Below are positions 1 through 12,300 of a DNA stretch of 64,000 bases, one piece after another. Numbering within the stretch: position 1 is the stretch's first letter; each line of letters starts with the position of its first letter. The notes below the pieces were generated by a model. The model worked only from the letters and a program-made list of their open reading frames with translations. It was not told where the DNA came from and searched no databases. The position numbers and the translations under genes are program-made. The DNA is taken from contig NC_088810.1 of assembly GCF_011386835.1 (NCBI RefSeq), positions 9,176,001-9,240,000 of the forward strand, read 5' to 3'. Source of the DNA: Chrysemys picta bellii (taxonomy: Eukaryota).

Positions 1-126
1 GGAGCCAGGACTCCTGGGATCTATCCCCAGCTCTGGGAGGGAAGTGGGGTCTTGTGGTTAGAGCAGGGGGGGCAGGGCTGAAGGCAGGACTCCTGGGTTC
101 CATCCGCGCTTGGGGCTGGGCACTCA

Positions 127-468
<342 letters not shown>

Positions 469-574
469 TTACTCTGGAGGCCGCATTTTATCCTGGGGCT
501 TCTTTCACGCTGGCTCTTGTCTGTTTCAACTGGAAATTGCAGGGCCAGGAAGTGCCTGTGCAGGATCTGGCAGA

Positions 575-1585
575 ATGGGGCCAGACCCCAGCCCATGTAA
601 ATCGGCCATAGCTCCATTGGAGTCAATGGGGCCAGACCCCCAACCCATGTAAATCGGCCGTAGCTCCATTGGAGTCAATGGGGCCAGACCCCCAACCCAT
701 GTAAATCGGCCGTAGCTCCATTGGAGTCAATGGGGCCAGACCCCCAACCCAAGTAAATCGGCCGTAGCTCCATTGGAGTCAATGGAGGTCAGACCCCAAC
801 CCATGTAAATCGGCCGTAGCTCCATTGGAATCAATGGGGCCAGACCCCCAACCCATGTAAATTGGCCATAGCTCCATTGGAGTCAATGGGGCCAGACCCC
901 CAACCCAAGTAAATCGGCCGTAGCTCCATTGGAGTCAATGGAAGTCAGACCCCAGCCCATGTAAATCGGCCGTAGCTCCATTGGAGTCAATGGGGCCAGA
1001 CCCCAGCCCATGTAAATCGGCCGTAGCTCCATTGGAGTCAATGGGGCCAGACCCCAGCCCATGTAAATCGGCTGTAGCTCCATTGGAGTCAATGGGGCCA
1101 GACCCCAGCCCATGTAAATCGGCCGTAGCTCCATTGGAGTCAATGGGGCCAGACCCCAGCCCATGTAAATCGGCTGTAGCTCCATTGGAGTCAATGGGGC
1201 CAGACCCCAGCCCATGTAAATCGGCCATACCTCCATTGGAGTCAATGGGGCCAGACCCCCAACCCATGTAAATTGGCCATAGCTCCATTGGAGTCAATGG
1301 GGCCAGACCCCCAACCCATGTAAATCGGCCGTAGCTCCATTGGAGTCAATGGAAGTCAGACCCCAGCCCATGTAAATCGGCCGTAGCTCCATTGGAGTCA
1401 ATGGGGCCAGACCCCAGCCCATGTAAATCGGCCATAGCTCCATTGGAGTCAATGGGGCCAGACCCCCAACCCATGTAAATCGGCCGTAGCTCCATTGGAG
1501 TCAATGGGGCCAGACCCCCAACCCATGTAAATCGGCCGTAGCTCCATTGGAGTCAATGGGGCCAGACCCCCAACCCATGTAAATC
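575..1585. repeat. 51-52 bp minisatellite in HPN intron (about 19 copies), runs into the gap
   Basis: Unit gagtcaatggggccagacccc(c)a(a/g)cccatgtaaatcggccgtagctccattg repeated head to tail, with an internal imperfect palindrome ccattggagtcaatgg. Confidence 0.97.
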
Positions 1586-2085
1586 NNNNNNNNNNNNNNN
1601 NNNNNNNNNNNNNNNNNNNNNNNNNNNNNNNNNNNNNNNNNNNNNNNNNNNNNNNNNNNNNNNNNNNNNNNNNNNNNNNNNNNNNNNNNNNNNNNNNNNN
1701 NNNNNNNNNNNNNNNNNNNNNNNNNNNNNNNNNNNNNNNNNNNNNNNNNNNNNNNNNNNNNNNNNNNNNNNNNNNNNNNNNNNNNNNNNNNNNNNNNNNN
1801 NNNNNNNNNNNNNNNNNNNNNNNNNNNNNNNNNNNNNNNNNNNNNNNNNNNNNNNNNNNNNNNNNNNNNNNNNNNNNNNNNNNNNNNNNNNNNNNNNNNN
1901 NNNNNNNNNNNNNNNNNNNNNNNNNNNNNNNNNNNNNNNNNNNNNNNNNNNNNNNNNNNNNNNNNNNNNNNNNNNNNNNNNNNNNNNNNNNNNNNNNNNN
2001 NNNNNNNNNNNNNNNNNNNNNNNNNNNNNNNNNNNNNNNNNNNNNNNNNNNNNNNNNNNNNNNNNNNNNNNNNNNNNNNNNNNNN
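1586..2085. other. Assembly gap (exactly 500 N)
   Basis: The round-number N run suggests a fixed-size scaffolding placeholder, so the true size is unknown. Confidence 0.99.
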
Positions 2086-2799
2086 CTGTAGGGGGTGGAT
2101 TGGCAGCCCAGGGGGCACGATCCAATGCCAGTCAAGGGGGGATAAGAGGTGGGGAGGGGGACGAGGTTTCTGCACCACCCTGTTCCTGGCACAGGCTCCT
2201 TCGAGGATTTGCATTTCTTGGTAGTTTTCACCCCATCACCACTTCCTGCCCAACCCCCTCCTGCTGTGCGAGATGGTTAAGGGGGGGGATGTGAAGAACC
2301 CAGGAGTCCTGGCTCCCAGCCGCAGCTGTGCTAACGTACCAGACCCCACTTTAAGCCAGAGCTGGGAATGGAACTCAGGAGTCCTGACGCCCAGCTTCCC
2401 TTCCTCTAACCACTAGACCCCACTCCCGCCCTTTTTGGGAGCCAGGACACCTGGGTTCCATCCAGACTCTGGGAGGGGAGGGGGGCTACTGGTTAGAGCA
2501 GGAGGAGCCAGGACTCCTGGGTTCTATTCTCACTGCTGTTGAGTGACACTGGGCCTCTGTTTCTCCTCCCAACTTTTTGGGCATGGAGCCTGTAAACTCT
2601 TTGGGGCAGGGCCTGTCTCTCGCTGCCTCTGGCCCAACAGGGCCCTGATCTCAGCTGGGGCAGGGCCTGTTTCTGTGTCTGTGCAGCCCCCAGCACAACG
2701 GGGGGTTTGATTCTGCCCCGGTCTCTTTGGGTGCTGCTGTTGTACAGATCAATAGTCCTGAATACTAAAGGCGTTGCACGGCCATTGCTATGCAAGGGC

Positions 2800-3048
2800 T
2801 GAATGTGATTCTTATCCCTGTGACCCCTCCCCCCCCCGTGCACCCTTCCCGCCCCGCTCCCCGATTCTCCCCCCCGAGCCCCTTGTGCCACTGCTCTTCA
2901 ACAGCAGCACAGAAAGCCACCCAGCCCTAGCGCCAAAAGAAGAAGAAGACCAAAAAAAAAAAGCTTTGCAAAAATCGGTCACACCAATAGGAAACCAGCC
3001 CCGGCGGTTAGTGACTTCACTTCCCAAAATTAGACGCACACACACACA

Positions 3049-3091
<43 letters not shown>

Positions 3092-3330
3092 CTTCGCTCA
3101 TCCGGCCCCCTTTGCCAATGCACCACCTCTCCTCGTCCATGGAGGTCTAGGCGGGGAGCTCCGTGCGGGAGCAGCGATGGACGGCACCATCAAGGTAGGT
3201 TCTGGAGATGCTCCTCCAGGTGCGGGTGTCTTGGCTCCAGCTGGCGCTGGGCTCACGCTGGGCTGCGTTCAGTTCCTCTCTCTGGTGCGCGCCCCGGCTC
3301 CACAAACGCCCCCCCCCCCCTCCGCTCTTT
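2800..3330 (+). promoter_or_regulatory. CpG-rich promoter/first-exon region of the FLI1-like gene, with (CA)n microsatellite at 3037-3088
   Basis: CpG-dense sequence around the ATG at 3177, ETS-core-like ggaa/cttcc words, and a (CA)~26 tract about 90 nt upstream of the ATG. Confidence 0.55.
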
Positions 3331-6300
3331 CCTTCTGGTACAAAAAATTTCCTCTTCCTTCCCGTTCGTGGCGGTCGATGTCGCTGAGCTTAAATAACCC
3401 AAACCAAACCGCCCCAGAGAGAGACACCCACGACACTGCTCAGCCAAAGCCCCACAAAGGCACACACCTCCCCCTGCCCCCGTTCCCAGGAGCGTGCGGG
3501 AAGGGGGTCAGGATCGGGGAGAGCCCGCGACCCGAAGGGAGGAAATGGGGCGCTCGCCCCCTCCATGGAACATGGGGGTGCCATGGGGCACCTATGGATG
3601 GTCCCCCCAAAGCAGGGCAGAAAGGATCTCAGGCCAGGATGGAAATGGGGGGGCCTGTGCCCCCAACTTGGAGATTCTGGGGTGCAACCTTGCTTAACAG
3701 GTCAGTCTGTCCTTCTTTCTGTCACTGTCCCATTCTAGCTTTCTCTAGCACTCATGTTCGTTCATTCATTCTTTTTCGTTCCTTTCCTTCTCTAGCTTGC
3801 ATGTTCTTGCTTTCTTTTGCTTTTTTCCCCTTCTACCTTTCATGCTCTTTCTTTCCTTTGTGTTCTACCATTTTTTCTCTCCCTTTATTTCTTTCACGGC
3901 CTTTCACATTCTTTTCTCTCTCGCTCGCTCGCTGGTTATTTTTTTCACTCCCTCCCTTCCGAGCCAGGCAGGTTCTTCTCGCACACAGATTTCGGGGCAG
4001 GTGGATTAGTGTTATGTGTTACCCCGCAGCTCCGCTGACAGGCCCATGGCTGGCCTGGGAAGCTGGGAATCTTGTGCACTGCATCAAACCGAAAACCTGT
4101 TGGTATCAAGGGAACGAGATCCGTGGCCGAGCCCCCGTTGGATTTTGGAGGCTGCGTTGCATCTTTACCCGAGTGGCAGGGCAGGCATTTCTAGGGCTCA
4201 GAGCCACTTTGATGGTCTCCAGAATTCTAGCTCTTTGGGATCGTGCTTGGATACTACATTTGTTCCTCAGTAGGGAGAGACGGGGCTTAAAGCCGGTTTG
4301 TACAGTGGGGAGCAAAAGGGGGGCTGCAAGGGGAGGGTGTCCCAGAGCCAGCAAGGAAATCACCAGGTCTATTAATATTGATCCACCGTCATTCCTGGAA
4401 ATCAGTGGCAGTGAGGCACTGAAATGCCTGGGAAGGTCTGGGCCTGTTGGACGAAAGCTGCTGCACCCAGAGGATGCTAGATCCCCCGGACCCGGTTCTC
4501 CGGCCACTTTAAGCACCGTCCGGCGAGACGGTGTTTTAACCAGCCAGGCCGTGACTGGGCTGAGGGGAATTAGCAGCCTTGGCAATGACAGTGGGGGGCC
4601 CGTCGTCTCCTTGGCCAGAGGCATCTTGGCCGTGCCCAGGGGAATTGTCTGATTTGCAGGGTGCTGCGGGGCTTTGCTGGGGCAGTTTCCTGGGGATCGG
4701 CCTGGAGCCTGCAGATGCCGAGGCAAATGTGCCCAATTGGCTCTTTCTGACCCGGGCGCTGCACAGACAGGCGGGGGGGTGGGGGGTGGGGTAGGATGAC
4801 CAGATGTCCCGATTTTATAGGGACAGTCCTGATTTTTGGGTCTTTTTCTTACATAGGCTCCTATTACCCCCCCCCCCACCCCATTCCGATTTTTCACATT
4901 TTCTGTCTGGTCATCCTAAGGGAGAGACAGGTCCTGCCCGGCTGAGATCAGGGCCCTGTTGGGCCAGGCACTGCCCAGACACAGCGAGAGACAGGCCCTG
5001 CCTAAGGACCTCACGGTCTGAACAGATAAAGGGCAGGAGTAGAAACTGAGGCCCAGCGAAGCAGTCAAGATGACATGGTAGGTCAGGGATCAGTCCTGGC
5101 TCCCAGCCTCCCTGTTCTAACCCATTGGACCCCACTCCCAGGGCTGGGGACAGAACCCAGAAGTCCTGGCTCCCAGCCCCCCGCCCATCCTAACCACTAG
5201 ACCCCTCCTCCCAAGGCGGGGGATAGATCCCAGGAGTTTTGACTCCCAGCCCCCCCCCCCCCAACCAACCGCTAGACACCCCGCCCTCCAAGATGGGGCT
5301 AGAACCCAGGGGTAGGGGTTGCCAATTTCGGTTGGTTGTAGTCCTGGAGATTTCATCACATGATATCTCTAATTAAAGATTAATCTTTAATTCCTGGAGA
5401 CTCCAAGCCAATCCTGGAGAGTTGGCAACCCTATCCAGGAATCCCTCCTTTGCTAACCGGTAGCAAGTCAGGGATAGAACCCAGGAGTCTTGGGTCCCAG
5501 CCCTCCTCCCCCATCACTAGCCCTCCCTCCCCTCCTAGAGCAGAGTACAGATTGCTGACAGCACACAAATTCCCCCCATCCAACCAGCTCCCAGCAGACA
5601 TGATTTGCTTTCACGCAACTTTTGACATCTCTGCCAGTTTCTCCCCAAGTCCAGATTCAGCGTCTGGGCTGTTATCAGGGCAAAACCCGCTTATCACACG
5701 GGGGTGGGGTGGGGTGGATCTGAAATGGAAACCGCACAGTCTGTGCCACTCCCTTATTGCACGGACTCCCTTCTCCTTGGCTTCCTGGGCTGTTCCGTGG
5801 TTCTGGGGACGATGCGGGGAGAGGGGGGGTTCTGCCTGTGTGTGTCTGTCTGTCTTTGTGTCTGTGTGTGTATATATCGTCCTGTCTCCCTCCCTCTCTC
5901 TGGCTCTGTGTATCTGCCTCTGTGTGTGTGTGTGTGCGTGGGAGGGGGGTTACATCTCGCTGTATTTTAGTTTCCAGGTGACAACAAATGAAGTCGTGCG
6001 AGGTGTGGAAAGGTTGGGTGTTTCATTTGCAGGACAGTGCGGCCTGCTGTGCACGCCGTACAAACACAAAGGGAGGGTCATTCTCAGCGTATGGGGGAAA
6101 CTGAGGCACGGAGTGATGTAGCAACAGGCACAAGGTGACCTAGGGAGTCTGTGGGAAAGCTGGGCATAGAATTCAGCACCTTCCCCACAAGACCTGCCTT
6201 CCTCCCACACAGTGTCCTGGAGCAGGGGAGGAGGGTGAGTTGGGAGCCAGGATTCCTGGGTTCTCCCGCCAGCTGTGGGAGGGGAGTGGGGTCTAGTGGT

Positions 6301-9300
6301 TAGAGCAGGGGGCGGGCGAGTTGGGAGCCAGGATTCCTGGGTTCTGCCCTGGCTCTGGGTGGGAGCTGGAGGGGAGTGAATAGCTGTGTGTGCAGGAGGG
6401 CACCGCCCCCCCCCCGCCCCGCAAACCGGTGCCCCAGCCCCCAGCCCATTGTCTGGCCGGATGGGGAGCTATTTAAAGCAGCCCAGGCCAGAGCCTCACT
6501 CCCCATCAGGTGGCCTTATCAGGAGCCTAAGAGGCTTCCGGCTTCGTAGCCTCAGGCTTCCTGCCTCGGCTTCCTGTGCTGCTGCCCAACGCAGCCCCGC
6601 GCACTGCACACAGCCCCACCCCCACCCCCTGCCAGATCAGACCCACGGGCCCCTCTACCCCAGTATCCCGCCCTGGGTCACATCCACGGGCCCCTCTACC
6701 CCGGTATCCCGCCCCAATCAGACCCCTGGGCCCATCTATCCCAGTGTCCTCCCCTGGGTCAGACCTATGGGCCCATCTACCCCAGTATTCCGCCCTGGGT
6801 CAGACCCACGGGCCCCTCTACCCCGGTATTCCGCCCTGGGTCAGACCCACGGGCCCCTCTACCCCGGTATCCTGCCCTGGGTCAGACCCACGGGCCCCTC
6901 TACCCCAGTATCCCGCCCTGGATCACATCCACGGGCCCCTCTACCCCGGTATCCCGCCCCAATCAGACCCCTGGGCCCATCTATCCCAGTGTCCTCCCCT
7001 GGGTCAGACCCACGGGCCCCTCTACCCCAGTATCCCACCCTGGGTCACATCCACGGGCCCCTCTACCCCGGTATCCCGCCCCAATCAGACCCCTGGGCCC
7101 ATCTATCCCAGTATCCTCCCCTGGGTCAGACCTATGGGCCCATCTACCCCAGTATTCCGCCCTGGGTCAGACCCACGGGCCCCTCTACCCCGGTATCCTG
7201 CCCTGGGTCAGACCCACGGGCCCCTCTACCCCGGTATCCCGCCCTGGGTCACATCCACGGGCCCCTCTACCCTGGTATCCTGTCCTGGGTCAAACCCATG
7301 GGCCCATCTACCCCAGTATCCTGCCCTGGGTCAGACCCACGGGCCCATCTACCCTAGTATCCTGCCCTGGGTCAGACCTACGGGCCCCTCTACCCTGGTA
7401 TCCAGCCCCAATCAGACCCCTGGGCCCATCTATCCCAGTATCCTCCCCTGGGTCAAACCCATGGGCCCATCTACCCCAGTATCCCGCCCTGGGTCAGACC
7501 CACGGGCCCCTCTACCCCGGTATCCTGCCCTGGGTCACATCCACTGGCCCATCTACCCTGGTATCCTGCCCTGCATCAGACCTATGGGCTCATCTACCCC
7601 AGCATCCTGCCCTGGGTCAGATCCATGGGCCCATCTACTCCGGTATCCCATCCCCTCCCTGCCCCCCATATCAGAGCCCTGGGCCCATCCAGCCCATAGA
7701 GATGGAGAGAGGGGTTCATATGGGGATGGATCTATAGTGTCCGGTCACTCCATGCTGTACAGGGTTAGGGTGGTGATGCAAGGCACCCCCAGCACCTTGT
7801 GCCGAGCCAGGTGGCTTGTGCCCGCTGCCTCAGGGTATGGTACCTGGCTCCCCCCCGTCCCGGGCACACGTAGCACAGGGTAACCCGTGTCCCCTTGCTG
7901 TGCTTGTGTCTCCCTCAATTACATGGGCATGGTGTGTAGCCAACAAGGTATTTGCACCCCTCACCAGGCACCGCAGTGCCTCTTCCCCTGTGGTTTGAGT
8001 CACATGGGACCCTCCATGGTGTGTGGGGTTTCCAACATTGCATCTACCTGGTGCCACGGGGCTGTGATTGCACTGGTCATCATGCGCTGACTGTAGCGCA
8101 GCTGTCGGGCAATTGCACTGATTGTGTATGCTGCATTTGTGATGCACGCCGCACAGCTCTTATGCATTGGGTATGCAATTGCACTGCTTGTGCATGTTCT
8201 GATTGCGATGCACGTGCCACACCCATCATGCAATCGGTGTGCAATTGCACTGATGATGCATGTTCTGATTTTGATGCACACGGCACAGCTGCCGTGCAAT
8301 GACTGTGCAAGTACACTCGTGCATGCTCTGATTGTGATGCAACTGGCACATTCATCGCGCAATGGCTGACAATTGCACTGATCATGCAATTCTCTGATTG
8401 TGATGCATGTGGCATGGCCTTGCAATCAGTGTGCAATTGCGTGGATTGTGCATGCTCCGGTTGTGATACGTGCGGCGCATCCTTGGGCATATGGTGACTG
8501 TGATGCAGCTGGCACATCCCTTGTGCAATGGGGCCACATTTGCATTGGTTGTGGAGTTTGTACTGCTTGGGCAGACATAGGTTGTGATGTGAATGGCGCC
8601 TCTGTTGCTGGGAGGGCTGACTTTGTGCACACAAGGGCTTGTGGGGCACGTGCTGCATCCGTCGTGCAATGCGGGGGCCACGATTCCACTGCTTGTGCGT
8701 GCACAATATGGGGCCCCTCCGTCATGCTCTGTGCTGCACGACATGGCCCCTGCTTTGGGCACAAGCAGATGGTTCCACGCATGGGCATCCGCGTCCGCAG
8801 GCCGCCTCACCCCAGATGGGCACCCAAAGCTTGTGAAACGTACCCCACCTGCCCTTTGTATGCCCCCTACGTGTGCTTTATGCCATTCATACACATGCCA
8901 TGCCATGCCCCCTGTGCCCCATGGGCCAGCTGCATGGTACCATGTGCCCCAGTGGCCTTCTGGATTCCTGCGCAGCTCGGGCATCATCGGTGGCCCCTCC
9001 ATGGCACCCCACGATGAATGGCTTGTGCCACGTGGGATGCCACCCTGCAATGTAGTGCATCCCCTCCGTTCAGCACTGCAGGGCTGGCACCAAGCTGGCA
9101 CCATCCTTGGGCACCCGTCTGGTACCACGCAGGCACTTCCACGCCACGTCGTGTGGGCATTGTGCCGCTCATGCAACCTCGGTGCCGCGCACCTCGCCCC
9201 TCGTGGGGCACCCTCCGGTGTGCCTGCTCCAGGTGGGTTTTCCTCCCTTCCCTGGAGCCCCCCCTTGCCCCTCACAGCTCCTACCCGCCTTTGCAAGAAG

Positions 9301-12300
9301 GAATGCTGCCTGCAAACTCCGCACAGCCCTGTGTAGAGCAACAGCTTCGGGGGCGGGCGGGCACGGCAAGGGAGTAACCGCAGCCAGGCCCCCCTCCCCC
9401 CATGCTTGAGCGCACGATAACATCTTCAGTGCAGCAGCTCCGGCTGCAAACAAAGATCAGCCCAGCTCCCCCGAGACTTCTGCTTTCTGTGCAAAGAGCC
9501 CACACCCAGCGTGCAACCGTGTGTGTGTGTGTGGGGGGGGAACCTAGAGGCAGCTCAGCTCAGAGCCCCCCCAGCCCTGCAGAAGGGGCGCACTTAGCAG
9601 GGGAGGGGGGGAGTCAATGTCAGTTCAGTCAGGCTGGGCTTGGGAGGGGTTCCCCTGGTGCCTGGGCCATCCTGAGATTCCTGCAGCTCCCACCGCCATC
9701 GCCAACAGGGGGCGTTGCAAGAGGGGGGCAGTGGAGCTTGCAGTGCCCACTTCTATCATCCTCCAGCAGGGGGCGCTGCAAGTGGTGTGGGGACCTCGCA
9801 GCTTGGGGCTTTGCTAGCTACAGATGGTGCATACAACCCAAGGCCGGGGGGAGGGGAGAGATTGAGCTATGAACCTGTGTGGGACCTCCACTCCTCTGCT
9901 TCCCTGCCTGTACCCGGGACTCCCTGCCTGTGCCTTCTGCCTGTACCGCTGCTGCTCTGCCTGTATCCGTGATTCCCTGCCTGTGCCTTCTGCCTGTACC
10001 ACTGCTGCTCTGCCTGTATCCGTGATTCCCTGCCTGTGCCTTCTGCCTGTACCACTGCTGCTCTGCCTGTATCCGTGACTCCCTGCCTGTGCCTTCTGCC
10101 TGTACCGCTGCTGCTCTGCCTGTATCCGTGACTCCCTGCCTGTGCCTTCTGCCTGTACCGCTGCTGCTCTGCCTGTATCCGTGACTCCCTGCCTGTGCCT
10201 TCTACCTGTACCGCTGCTGCTCTGCCTGTATCTGTGATTCCCTGCCTGTGCCTTCTGCCTGTACCGCTGCTGCTCTGCCTGTATCTGTGACTCCCTGCCT
10301 GTGCCTTCTGCCTGTACCGCTGCTGCTCTGCCTGTATCTGTGATTCCCTGCCTGTGCCTTCTGCCTGTACCGCTGCTGCTCTGCCTGTATCTGTGACTCC
10401 CTGCCTGTATTTTATGCTCGATCCTGAGATGCCCTCCCTGTTTGCTGCTGTCACCTCTGCACCTCTGTCTGTCCCTGTGATGCCCTGTCTGTACTTCCAT
10501 GGGTGTTAGCACTTTCCCTGCCTGTGTTTTCTGCCTGTACTTCTGCTTTCCCAGGGGGCTACCTGCTTCTCTGACCTCCGGCCAGACTTCATGGCCCTTC
10601 TCTGCTCCCTTGGCTACAATGCGCTGAGGCTGCATAGCCCCTCCCTGCCTGGGCTGTCTCCACTTCTGACTGCCCAGGAATCCCAGTATCACAGCCCTGC
10701 TCAAGCCCCCTGTGGAGTGGGGGGAGGCTGGGCGCCAGGACTCCTGGGTTCTATCCCCAGCTTGGGGAAGGTCTTGTGCTTAGAGAGGGGGCTGGAAGCC
10801 AGGACTCCTGGGTTCTGTCTATCCTCATCTCTGGGAGGGCAGTGGGTTGTGGAGGGGACTGGGACATGGAACTCCTGAGTCCTGTTCCTGAATTCGCCAT
10901 AGATTATGTGACCTTGGACAAGTTACCTCCCCCCACCCCATGTCTCAGTTTTTCCATCAGTCAAATAGATACAATGGGACGTAGCCACAGGTGTAGCCAA
11001 CTGTACCCCCACACGCATTTCGGTGCCTTATGTATGTGTGTGTCTCTGACTGTACATTTTCACAAGCACCTTGGATGTGACCGACTGTACACGTTGCACA
11101 TGGTTTTGCATGCACTGTGCAAGTGTGTCAGCCTGGATATTGGCATATGTTGGGGATTGGTCCTGCTTTGAGCAGGGGGTTGGACTAGACAACCTCCTGA
11201 GGTCCCTTCCAACCCTGAGATTCTATGATTCTATGATATGTGTACGGACCATTTATAGCTGTCTAAGGCTGCACAAGTGCATGTGTGTGTGGGTGTGTGA
11301 GACTGTGTGTGTGTATTTTGGGGGGGACTGTCACTGTGTGTGATTATATGTGTGTATGTGTCTGGGATTTTGTGTGTGTGATTGTCTCTCTGGATGTCAG
11401 GGTGGGTGTGTGTGTGATTGTCTCGGTGCATGCCTCATTGGCGTGTGTGTGGGTGCAGCATGTGTGTCCGTGTAACTGTACCTGGCCTTGGTGTGTCACA
11501 CGGCCAAGCTCGGCTGCAGCTGCCCCAGGGCGGACGAGGTTCCTTCTGCCCCAGTCCCGGGCGGGGGGGAGGGGGGGTTTGCAGCCCAGGCAGGAAGCTG
11601 CACAGGGCCACTGAACTGTCACCTGCCGGCAACCACGCTCGGGCGCCGGCAAACAGGAAACGTCCCCTCCCCCCAGGACTAACGGCTGGGGACAGACACC
11701 ACCCTGCTGGGGGCAGAATAACACCAGGGCACCCTGGCAGTCAGGGCTGGCCCCGATGCCCCAGCGCAGCATAGCCATGCTGTGGGGTGCAGGGTGGGGG
11801 CTCAGCAGCGGGCACTGTGCTGCAGGGAGTGGGGCAGAGGGTTAGCAGGGGGCGCTGTGCTGCAGGGAGTGGGGTGGGAGGGTTCAGTAGGGGGTGCTGT
11901 GCTGCAGGGAGTGGGGTGGGGAGGTTCAGTAGGGGGTGCTGTGCTGCAGGGAGTGGGGTGGGAGGGTTCAGCAGGGGGCGCCGTGCTGCAGGGAGTGGGG
12001 TGGGGTGGGCTCAGCAGGGGGCGCCGTGCTGCAGGGAGTGGCGTGGGGTGGGTTCAGTAGGGGGCGCTGTGCAGCAGGGAGTGGCGTGGGGCTCAGCAGG
12101 GGGCACCGTGCTGCAGGGAGTGGCGTGGGGTGGATTCAGTAGGGGACGCTGTGCTACAGGGAGCGGAGTGGGGTGGGTTCAGTAGGGGGCGCTGTGCAGC
12201 AGGGAGTGGCGTGAAGGGCTCAGCAGGGGGTGCCGTGCTGCAGGGAGTGGCGTGGGGCTCAGCAGGGGGCACCGTGCTGCAAGGAGTGGGGTGGCGTGGG

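Noticed and set aside
883-2231. ORFs at 883-1297 and those spanning 1449-2231
   Set aside because: Translations of the 52-bp minisatellite or of the N gap.
6386-7883. 323-aa and 435-aa Pro-rich ORFs
   Set aside because: Derived from the stop-free ~40-bp minisatellite in intron 1; no domain or splice support.
8080-10704. Many 150-320 aa overlapping ORFs on both strands
   Set aside because: Low-complexity or tandem-repeat translations with no recognisable protein similarity.
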